This document shows positions 1 through 6,648 of a stretch of 13,074 nucleotides of DNA, in pieces. Both the position numbers and the translations under genes were made by a program. Numbering within the stretch: position 1 is the first letter of the stretch; each line of letters opens with the position of its first letter. The notes beneath the pieces are model-generated. The model was not told the origin of the DNA. It did not search any database and saw only the letters and a program-made list of their open reading frames with translations. Source of the stretch: Vulcanimicrobiaceae bacterium (lineage in GTDB: Bacteria > Vulcanimicrobiota > Vulcanimicrobiia > Vulcanimicrobiales > Vulcanimicrobiaceae); NCBI GenBank assembly GCA_046262595.1, contig JBHEMM010000006.1, forward strand, positions 1 to 13,074. Direction: 5' to 3'.

Positions 1-1
1 C

Positions 2-703
2 AACGGGCATCTGCTCGCCGAACTTTCGCTTGCGTTGATGGAGCTGGAACGCGCCGATGACGTGCGAGCAGTGGTTATCACGGGCGCCGGCACCAAAGCC
101 TTTGCAGCCGGAGCCGATATCGGCGAGCTCAACGCGCTTGCGAATGCCGTCGAAGGCGCGGAAAAAGCGCGCGTCGGGCAGGCCGTGACGATGCAGATCG
201 AACGCATGCGCAAACCGGTGATCATGGCCGTGAACGGCTTCGCGCTGGGCGGCGGCTGCGAACTGGCGATGGCGGGCGACATCCGCATCGCCTCGGAGAA
301 TGCGAAATTCGGCCAGCCGGAAGTCAACCTGGGCCTCATTCCTGGCTACGGCGGCTCGCAGCGCACCACGCGGCTGGTGGGCAAAGGCATGGCCATGTTC
401 CTGTGCTTGAGCGGCGATATCATCGACGCGCAGATGGCGCTGCATATCGGTCTGGTCGAACGCGTCGTCCCGCAGGATGAACTGCTTCCTGCGGCCATCA
501 GACTTGGCCAAACGATCGCCCAAAAAGCACCGCTCGCCGTTGCCGCCTGTAAGCGCGCGATCAACGGCGGAGCGCACCTGGCGCTCGCCGACGCGCTTGA
601 ACTCGAAGCGCTCGAATTCGGCGCGCTCGTAAACACGAATGATTTCAAAGAAGGCACCGCGGCGTTTCTCGAAAAGCGCAAGGCGGCGTGGACGGGAAAC
701 TGA
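2..703 (+). CDS. Enoyl-CoA hydratase / crotonase family protein (5'-truncated by window edge)
   Basis: Frame is open from position 2 (NGHLLAELSLALMELE...) to TGA at 701-703. Crotonase motifs AFAAGADI, AVNGFALGGGCE and FGQPEVNLGLIPGYGG are present with both catalytic glutamates, plus a typical C-terminus DFKEGTAAFLEKRK. Confidence 0.95.
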   Translation, partial: NGHLLAELSLALMELERADDVRAVVITGAGTKAFAAGADIGELNALANAVEGAEKARVGQAVTMQIERMRKPVIMAVNGFALGGGCELAMAGDIRIASENAKFGQPEVNLGLIPGYGGSQRTTRLVGKGMAMFLCLSGDIIDAQMALHIGLVERVVPQDELLPAAIRLGQTIAQKAPLAVAACKRAINGGAHLALADALELEALEFGALVNTNDFKEGTAAFLEKRKAAWTGN

Positions 704-1566
704 GCCCGCTTCATCGTTTGAGCGCAGGGGCGCTCGCGCTTGCGTTTCTGACGTGTGCCGCGGCGCGCGCGGACGACTACGGCCCGCGCCGCGACGTCGC
801 GGCCGTACGCACTGCGGCGAAAAGGCTGCTAGCGCACCGCCTGCGCTCCGGCCGCATCGATCCGGCAAGCGCCGTACTCAGCGATGCCGTCGTTTCCAAA
901 GACGAGGCGCTCGTGTCTTGGTCCGCCGGTAAAACGCACGGCTTGCTGGGATTGCGGCGCTCTCTCGATCGCTGGTGGGACGTCTGCGGTCAAGCGAGCG
1001 GCGCGCTTCCGCTCTTCACGCCGCAGTTTACGGCGCTCGCGCTACAGCATAACAGCGCAATGCACGCCGCGAGCGGCTCGGCCGCGCTCAACCGTCCCTG
1101 CACGCAACGTTTCCCCGATCTTTCGCGCGCGGATGCGATTGAGTCCTCAGGCGGCACGCTGCCCGCACAAAGCGCGTCCGCCTACGCCTTCCTCTTAACG
1201 TACGGCGCGAACGACGCGCCTTCGGGGGCGCATATCGCCTCGCTGCGCGTTCGCGCTCCGTCGGGCGGCGAGATTTTGGGCGATCCGCCGCCGCCGCGAG
1301 ATCAAGGCGGTCCGACCGACGTTGCGCTATTTTACCTCAACATCGCTTCCAGCCGTCCGATCGTTTTTCAGCCGCCCAGCGGAGTCGACGTTTGGGTGCC
1401 CTGGATGCTCGACGATTCCTCGAGCTATGAGCTCGTGATGTTTTCCGGGCACAGCGAAGTGGGGCCCGTGAAGGGAACGCTCTTCGACAACGTGCTGCAT
1501 TTTGAATTGCCGGGATTCACCGCAACGCCGGGCGAGCTTCGCGGCGAGATCGACGCCGTTTGGTGA
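688..1566 (+). CDS. Hypothetical secreted protein (signal peptide; no recognised family)
   Basis: 292-aa ORF filling the gap between the hydratase and the convergent TlpA gene. N-terminus HRLSAGALALAFLTCAAARA|DD looks like a Sec signal with an A-x-A cleavage site. C-terminal half is rich in beta-strand-like sequence. Start uncertain: GTG 688 (overlaps the hydratase end) or TTG 718. Confidence 0.75.
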   Translation: MDGKLSPLHRLSAGALALAFLTCAAARADDYGPRRDVAAVRTAAKRLLAHRLRSGRIDPASAVLSDAVVSKDEALVSWSAGKTHGLLGLRRSLDRWWDVCGQASGALPLFTPQFTALALQHNSAMHAASGSAALNRPCTQRFPDLSRADAIESSGGTLPAQSASAYAFLLTYGANDAPSGAHIASLRVRAPSGGEILGDPPPPRDQGGPTDVALFYLNIASSRPIVFQPPSGVDVWVPWMLDDSSSYELVMFSGHSEVGPVKGTLFDNVLHFELPGFTATPGELRGEIDAVW

Positions 1567-1570
1567 ACGC

Positions 1571-2092
1571 TTAGCGCCGGGCCAACGACGCCTGCGCGTG
1601 CCCCATGTTGATTTGGACCGCCGGGTTGAGCCCTTCCCAGCTGGCGCGCACGCGGCCCTGGGGATCCACTACGACCATCGTCGGGAAACCACGAATTTGA
1701 AAAAATCCGTTCGAAAGCGCGGACGGATCGAGTGCAACGTTGTGCAAGTCGTACCGCTTGGCAAACGCCGCGGCGACGGGCGCCGGTTCGCCGACGTCGA
1801 TCGGCACGACGTCGACCTCAGGATGCGAGCGGGCATAGCGCTCGACCAAAGGAAGGGAGATGCGGCACGGCTCGCACCAACTCGCGTAAAAGTCCAGAAA
1901 GACCAATCTGCCGCGATGGCGCGCGAGTTCGAATCGCGGACCGTCAAGCGTTGCATATGCCACCCGCGGTGCGGGATGCGCGGTCTTGAGCGAAAAATTG
2001 CGCGGCGCGATAAAGATCCGGTACGCGACGAACGCGATGGCAAGCACGGCGAGCACGTCCACAAGCCGTCCCGCCGGCAGATTGCGCAGCAT
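1571..2092 (-). CDS. TlpA/ResA-family membrane-anchored thiol:disulfide oxidoreductase
   Basis: LDFYASWCEPC (CxxC) and cis-Pro loop IRGFPTMVVVDPQG. N-terminal hydrophobic helix LVDVLAVLAIAFVAYRIFI. Start placed at ATG 2092, 1 nt after the thiolase TAG, rather than at 2212, which lies inside the thiolase. Confidence 0.9.
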   Translation of the reverse strand: MLRNLPAGRLVDVLAVLAIAFVAYRIFIAPRNFSLKTAHPAPRVAYATLDGPRFELARHRGRLVFLDFYASWCEPCRISLPLVERYARSHPEVDVVPIDVGEPAPVAAAFAKRYDLHNVALDPSALSNGFFQIRGFPTMVVVDPQGRVRASWEGLNPAVQINMGHAQASLARR

Positions 2093-2093
2093 G

Positions 2094-3293
2094 CTACTGG
2101 GCGGCGAACACCGCGGCAATACCTTGGCCGCCGCCGATACACGCCGAAGCGACTGCGAAGTTTCCGCCGTTGCGGCGCAGCTCGTGCAGCGCCGTATACG
2201 CAATGCGCGCACCGGATGCGCCGAGCGGATGCCCGAGAGAAATGGCGCCGCCGTGCGGGTTGAGATTCACCTTCCCGTTGGTGCCCATTTCGCGCAGACA
2301 TGCCAAGACTTGCGGCGCGAACGCTTCGTTGATCTCCATGACGCCCACGTCCGGCTCTTTGATTCCCGCTGCGGCCAAGGCTTTGGGAATAGCGATCGCA
2401 GGGCCGATACCCATCAAGTCCGGGTCTACGCCAACGACGCTTGAACCCGCAAGGCGTCCAAGCCACGTTAAACCGTCCGCGCGCGCCTGTTTGACCGTCG
2501 TGAGCACGACGGCCGCCGCGCCGTCGGTGATGCCGCTCGCGTTCCCGGGCGTGACGACGCCGTCTTTGCGGAAGCGCGGCGGCAGCTTGCTCAACTTTTC
2601 GAGCGAGAGGCCGGCGCGCGGACCTTCGTCCTTGTCGATCACGTTCACGTTGCCTTTGCGATCCGTCAGGGAAACCGGCGCGATCTCCTCGGCGAAGTAT
2701 CCGTCGTTTTGCGCCGCTAACGCGCGCTCTTGTGATGCGAGGGCAAACTCGTCGCACGCCTCGCGCGCAACGCCGTACCGCTGCGCGAGGTTTTCCGCCG
2801 TGATCGCCATCGGCAAATTGTTGTATGAATCGGTGAGCGCTTCCCAAAGCGTGTCTTCGAATTTCACGCTGGTTCCGAGCGCGAAGCCTTTGCGGCCTCC
2901 GCGAACCACGTGCGGCGCCTGGCTCATCGACTCCGTGCCGCCGGCAAGCGCGTACGACGTCTGCCCGAGCATCAGCGAGTTCGCAGCGGTCAAAATCGCT
3001 TGCAAACCGCTTCCACACAGGCGGTTGAGCGTCAGCGCCGGCACGCCGACCGGTATCCCGGCGCGCAGCCCAGCATGACGCGCGAGGTAAATCGCGTCGG
3101 CACTGGTCTGCATGACGTTGCCGAACACCACGTCGTCGATGCGCTCCTTGGGAACGCTACTGCGCTCGAGCGCCGCCTGCGCGGCGTGCACGGCAAGGTC
3201 CGTAGCACTCAAATCGGCCAAGACTCCGCCGAAGTTTCCAAAAGGCGTGCGGGCGGCAGCGATGACAACGACGTCGTTTTCGGAGATAGACAT
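2094..3293 (-). CDS. Acetyl-CoA C-acyltransferase (thiolase), 399 aa
   Basis: Catalytic motifs NRLCGSG (Cys), EINEAFA, GHPLGASG (His) and CIGGGQG (Cys). The N-terminus MSISENDVVVIAAARTPFG fixes the start at ATG 3293; the longer ORF-track extension overlaps the Crp gene. Confidence 0.96.
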   Translation of the reverse strand: MSISENDVVVIAAARTPFGNFGGVLADLSATDLAVHAAQAALERSSVPKERIDDVVFGNVMQTSADAIYLARHAGLRAGIPVGVPALTLNRLCGSGLQAILTAANSLMLGQTSYALAGGTESMSQAPHVVRGGRKGFALGTSVKFEDTLWEALTDSYNNLPMAITAENLAQRYGVAREACDEFALASQERALAAQNDGYFAEEIAPVSLTDRKGNVNVIDKDEGPRAGLSLEKLSKLPPRFRKDGVVTPGNASGITDGAAAVVLTTVKQARADGLTWLGRLAGSSVVGVDPDLMGIGPAIAIPKALAAAGIKEPDVGVMEINEAFAPQVLACLREMGTNGKVNLNPHGGAISLGHPLGASGARIAYTALHELRRNGGNFAVASACIGGGQGIAAVFAAQ

Positions 3294-3342
3294 AGCGGGC
3301 GGGGTTTCAAGCCGCCGTGCTGAACCACCCTCCCCGATGCCT
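3294..3342. promoter_or_regulatory. 49-bp divergent intergenic region (thiolase / Crp regulator) with putative sigma-H-like promoter on the minus strand
   Basis: Only non-coding DNA between two head-to-head genes. Minus strand reads AGGG(3331-3328)-N19-GAAA(3308-3305)-N11-ATG. No SD on either strand. Also contains the inverted repeat TTCA-N11-TGAA (3306-3324). Confidence 0.45.
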
Positions 3343-4284
3343 ATGAACCGTCCCGCCGCCATTACGATGGATGCCCGCTCGCTACAGCCTGTTAATAAGA
3401 CAGAGCAGATTCTGGATGCCTTCGACAAACTGGCGATGGGCACGATCTTCGAGATCAACGAAGAGGTCGACCCGCGCGCGCTTCGCAACGAGCTCGCGCA
3501 ACTGCGCCCGGGCAAATTTTCGTGGGATGCGCGCAATTTCGGCTCGAACCGCTGGACGGTTCGCTTGGAACGCATCGACGAGAACGCCGAAGGCGAGGCG
3601 TTCCTCGGCCACGTCGCACCGTTCGCAACCGCGAAGAGCGGAACAGTACGCGAACTCGCCGGTCAGATGAGCGAACGCACGTACCGCGCCGGCGAAACGA
3701 TCTTCGACGAAGGCGAGGTCTGGCCGTATCTGGGGATCGTCAAGCACGGCAAAGTCATTCTTACGCTGCTCTCGCCTGACGGCAAAACGCATACGCTCGG
3801 CGAGCGCCTCTCGCACGACACGCTCAATGATTCTGGGACATTCGATCAGGGCGGCTCCACGACGCGCGCCGAAGCGTTGACGGACGCAACGGTCGTCACG
3901 CTGCCCAGCGAAGCGGTGCTGCACGCTTGCCGCAACGACGCGGAACTCGCGCTCGGCTTCTTAACCGCAGCCTCGCAGGGGCGACGCCGCTCGATCGACA
4001 CCATTGCCGACCTCGCGTTCGCTCACGTGCTTCAACGGGTGGCCAAATTTTTGCTCGGCTATGCCCGCGCATCGGTCGGAATGACCAAAGGGCTGCCGGG
4101 TGTGGAAAATCTTTCGCAAGCTCAGATCGCCGCGGCGGCAGGGACGGTACGGGACATGGCCGCACGCGCGCTGCTGCGCCTGAAGAATGCGAACGCGGTC
4201 GAGCTCGATCGCGGGCGCGTCAAAGCGATCGACCGCGCGCGCTTGGAAGCCTTCGCGCAGAACGTGCACGCGCCGCCCGTTTAG
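3343..4284 (+). CDS. Crp/Fnr-family transcriptional regulator with N-terminal DUF2249-like domain
   Basis: cNMP-binding-like domain (RTYRAGETIFDEGE...IVKHGKV...SPDGK...AEALTDATV) and C-terminal HTH (LSQAQIAAAAGTVRDMAARALLRL...VELDRGRVKAIDRARL). The ~70-aa N-terminal module MDARSLQP...ILDAFDKLAMG...DPRAL...FSW...GSNRWTVRLER matches my recollection of DUF2249. Start is ATG 3343 or ATG 3367. Confidence 0.9.
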   Translation: MNRPAAITMDARSLQPVNKTEQILDAFDKLAMGTIFEINEEVDPRALRNELAQLRPGKFSWDARNFGSNRWTVRLERIDENAEGEAFLGHVAPFATAKSGTVRELAGQMSERTYRAGETIFDEGEVWPYLGIVKHGKVILTLLSPDGKTHTLGERLSHDTLNDSGTFDQGGSTTRAEALTDATVVTLPSEAVLHACRNDAELALGFLTAASQGRRRSIDTIADLAFAHVLQRVAKFLLGYARASVGMTKGLPGVENLSQAQIAAAAGTVRDMAARALLRLKNANAVELDRGRVKAIDRARLEAFAQNVHAPPV

Positions 4285-4290
4285 GCGGCT

Positions 4291-4839
4291 TTAAACCGTT
4301 TCCAGCGCCGCCGTTTCTTCCGCAGCCTGCGCATCAAACGCGGCGCGTTTGCTTTTCGCGGCCGCATCGGCCAGCGGCTGAGCCGGCTGCGCTGCGGCTT
4401 GACGCGGCGTGAGGGCCTCGCGGCCTTTGCGCACGGAACCCAAAGCGCCCGAGAGACGGCCTTCCAATTCGCCGAGCAACTGCGCCGCATAATGATCGGC
4501 GCCCTCGCGGATTTTGCGCGCGCGTTCTTCGGCTTCGCGCAGTACCGTTTCAGCGGTCGTGCGCGCACGCGCGACGATCTCGTGATCTTCGAGCAGTTCT
4601 TCGTGCTTGCTCGTCGCCTCGGTGACAATGGCCTGCGCCTTCTCCTGCGCCGCGCGGATCATGCGCTCCTGATCTTTCGCAATCAGCTTCGCGCGGCCGA
4701 CCTCTTCGGGCAGCGAAGAGCGCACCTTTTCGATGAACTCCATCAGGCGCTCTTCGCTGAGCACGCGCAAGCCCGCCGGCAGCCACGTGCCTTCGTGAAT
4801 GTAGCCTTCCATTTTTTCCAGTACGCGATAGACTGACAT
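4291..4839 (-). CDS. SepIVA/DivIVA-like coiled-coil protein (conserved gene downstream of coaD; often auto-annotated as ATP synthase subunit b-like)
   Basis: Strong SD. Pattern VYRVLEKMEGYI...P...LMEFIEKVRSSLPEEV..A followed by Ala/Glu/Arg-rich coiled coil (RAAQEKAQAIV, REAEERARKIREGADHYA). Position right after rsmD-coaD matches the family's usual context. Confidence 0.75.
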   Translation of the reverse strand: MSVYRVLEKMEGYIHEGTWLPAGLRVLSEERLMEFIEKVRSSLPEEVGRAKLIAKDQERMIRAAQEKAQAIVTEATSKHEELLEDHEIVARARTTAETVLREAEERARKIREGADHYAAQLLGELEGRLSGALGSVRKGREALTPRQAAAQPAQPLADAAAKSKRAAFDAQAAEETAALETV

Positions 4840-4846
4840 GCGGTAG

Positions 4847-4852
4847 TCCTCC
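4847..4852 (-). promoter_or_regulatory. Shine-Dalgarno sequence GGAGGA for the SepIVA-like gene
   Basis: Minus strand: TAATAAC-GGAGGA-CTACCGC-ATG, 7-nt spacing. Confidence 0.85.
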
Positions 4853-4856
4853 GTTA

Positions 4857-5372
4857 TTATCGGTTGAGGGTGGCGCGTTTGGTTTCCATGATGCGCATCA
4901 CGGGTTCGGGAACCAGCGCGGCGACGTCGCCGCCTAAGAAAAACACTTCCTTGACGATGCTCGAACTGACGAACGAATAGCGCTGATCCGACATGAGAAA
5001 CATGGTATCCACGTCCGAAAGCGAGCGGTTCATCAGTGCGGTGGACATCTCGTTTTCAAAATCGGAAACGACCCGCAAGCCCTTGACGATCACGTCCGCC
5101 TCTTGGCTTTGCACGTAGTCGGCAAGCAAACCGCGAAAGTGCTCGACGCGCACGTTGAGAAGATGCTCGACGCATTCGCGAATCATGGATTCGCGCTCTT
5201 CGAGCGTGAACATCGGCTCGCGTTTTTGCGGATTGACGACGACGGCAACGATCAAATCGCCGAAATAGCGCGATGCGCGCTGAATGACGTCCAAATGGCC
5301 GTTCGTGGGAGGGTCGAACGAGCCGGGATAAATGGCGCGGGCGGCTTTCTGCGGACGGCCGTCAGCAGACAC
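4857..5372 (-). CDS. coaD: Phosphopantetheine adenylyltransferase
   Basis: AIYPGSFDPPTNGHLDVI (TxGH nucleotidyltransferase motif), KGLRVVSDFENE and SFVSSSIVKEV; downstream of rsmD. Confidence 0.97.
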   Translation of the reverse strand: MSADGRPQKAARAIYPGSFDPPTNGHLDVIQRASRYFGDLIVAVVVNPQKREPMFTLEERESMIRECVEHLLNVRVEHFRGLLADYVQSQEADVIVKGLRVVSDFENEMSTALMNRSLSDVDTMFLMSDQRYSFVSSSIVKEVFFLGGDVAALVPEPVMRIMETKRATLNR

Positions 5373-5377
5373 CGGCG

Positions 5378-5935
5378 TTAGCCCGCGCCCTTACCGCTCG
5401 GCGTGAAAAAAGCCAGCGCGACATCACCGTACACTTCTTCGCGAACGCTGCGGTACCCCGGTATGCCGGGAAGAATCGTGCGCGCGCGGTGCTCGAAAAT
5501 AACGAGCGCATCGGGCGCGAGCAAGCTGCGCTCGATCAGCAGCCGGAACATCTGCAGCGGCACGTCGTTGTCGTATGGCGGGTCGGCATAGACGATATCG
5601 AACGCGCCCGCCAAGCGGTAAAGCGCGCGGTCGACGGGTGCACCGATAACCGTCATTTTTTCCGTCACGCCGAACTGCTCGGCAGCTTCGGTGATCGCCT
5701 GCGCCGTTTCGCGATGACCCTCGACGGCGACGACGGCAGCCGCACCGCGCGACGCAGCCTCGAATCCAATCGCGCCCGTGCCCGAGAACAAATCGAGGAA
5801 ACGCGCGCCTTCGATGCGCGGCGCCAAAATGGAAAAGAGGGACTCCTTTACGCGGCCCGGCGTCGGACGGACGTTCACGCTCTTGGGCGACTTGAGTTTG
5901 CGGCTTCCCAGATTGCCGCCGGTGATTTTCGGCAC
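5378..5935 (-). CDS. rsmD: 16S rRNA (guanine(966)-N2)-methyltransferase
   Basis: KITGGNLGSRKL, RPTPGRVKESLF, LDLFSGTGAIGFEAASRGA (SAM binding), DPPY and YGD motifs. Start placed at GTG 5935 (VPKITGG); the extension to 6043 overlaps the HAD gene. Confidence 0.95.
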   Translation of the reverse strand: MPKITGGNLGSRKLKSPKSVNVRPTPGRVKESLFSILAPRIEGARFLDLFSGTGAIGFEAASRGAAAVVAVEGHRETAQAITEAAEQFGVTEKMTVIGAPVDRALYRLAGAFDIVYADPPYDNDVPLQMFRLLIERSLLAPDALVIFEHRARTILPGIPGYRSVREEVYGDVALAFFTPSGKGAG

Positions 5936-5943
5936 GCACCGCT

Positions 5944-5969
5944 GTTCGCTCAGAGTATCTCGAGAGCCT
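5944..5969 (-). promoter_or_regulatory. Putative sigma-H-like promoter upstream of rsmD
   Basis: Minus strand AGGC(5969-5966)-N18-GAAC(5947-5944)-N8-GTG; no SD. Confidence 0.4.
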
Positions 5970-6648
5970 CGGAAAGCGTGTGAATGGTCGCGGCGGGCGG
6001 TGGCAAAGCGGCGGGATACGGTTGACGCTGCGCATCGTACCAAACGGCGAACATACCCGCGCGCTGCGAACCCGCAACGTCGCTTTCCGGGGTGTCGCCC
6101 ACGAACGCAATCTCACCGGCGCCCACGGCCAAGCACTGTTCGAGCGCAGCGAACGCCTGCGGCGAGGGCTTTTGCGTGCCGATGTCCGAACTGACGAGGA
6201 CGGCTCCGCGAAAACCGACGCACGCTGCTTTGCGCTGCTGCAGCGGCGACCAGCCGTTCGTCAGAATCGCGTGCGGAATGTTGCGCGAATGGAGCTGCGC
6301 GCAGAGCTCGCGGGCGCCGGGCTCGGGAATAACGAATGCTTCCACCATCTCGGAGCACAAACGCTTGTACCTGCCGACGTACGCCGGCACGTCTTTTACG
6401 CCGCGCTCGCGCACGAAACGCTCCACCGCCTGCTCGATGGTGAAGGCGCCGCTGCGCTGCTGCGCCAAAAGCGCGTCCACGTGTTCGATCTCTTCTACCA
6501 GCGGCGCTTGCGGTTCGAGCAGGCGCAGAAACGCCACGCGCTCGAGCTTGTTGTCGATGCCCAGCGTGTGATCGAAGTCGAAGGCGAGCGCTTTTATTGC
6601 GGCCCGGGCCCTTTTACCACGCGCACGAACGCTTGCGGATCGATCCAC
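5950..6648 (-). CDS. HAD-superfamily hydrolase (subfamily IA-like)
   Basis: Motif I LAFDFDHTL (DxDxT), motif II ILTNG, motif III QKPSP and motif IV FVGDTPESDVAG. Start uncertain: GTG 6648 overlaps the upstream gene by 55 nt, and the core domain begins near 6597. Confidence 0.9.
   Translation of the reverse strand: MDRSASVRARGKRARAAIKALAFDFDHTLGIDNKLERVAFLRLLEPQAPLVEEIEHVDALLAQQRSGAFTIEQAVERFVRERGVKDVPAYVGRYKRLCSEMVEAFVIPEPGARELCAQLHSRNIPHAILTNGWSPLQQRKAACVGFRGAVLVSSDIGTQKPSPQAFAALEQCLAVGAGEIAFVGDTPESDVAGSQRAGMFAVWYDAQRQPYPAALPPPAATIHTLSEALEIL

Noticed and set aside
645..700. AGGC...GAAA matches upstream of the hypothetical gene at 688
   Set aside because: Spacings (15 and 11 nt) do not fit the 18-19 nt seen at the other three sites, and the sequence is constrained by hydratase codons.
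1669..3078. Long alternative ORFs 1669..3018 (-, 449 aa) and 2170..3078 (+, 302 aa)
   Set aside because: They overlap the well-supported thiolase and tlpA. The Arg/Ala/Ser/Pro-rich, motif-free sequence is typical of shadow ORFs in GC-rich DNA.
3112..3575. ORF-track N-terminal extensions of the Crp gene (from 3112) and the thiolase (from 3575), implying a long head-to-head overlap
   Set aside because: The extensions are antisense read-through of the neighbouring gene. Family-typical N-termini begin at 3293 and 3343/3367.
4291..4839. Annotation as ATP synthase subunit b or V-type ATPase subunit
   Set aside because: No N-terminal transmembrane helix and no atp genes nearby; the similarity is generic coiled-coil composition.
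4854..4862. GATAAT/TAATAA on the minus strand resembling a sigma-70 -10 box before the SepIVA-like gene
   Set aside because: Explained by the tandem TAA-TAA stops of coaD; no matching -35 element and too close to the SD.
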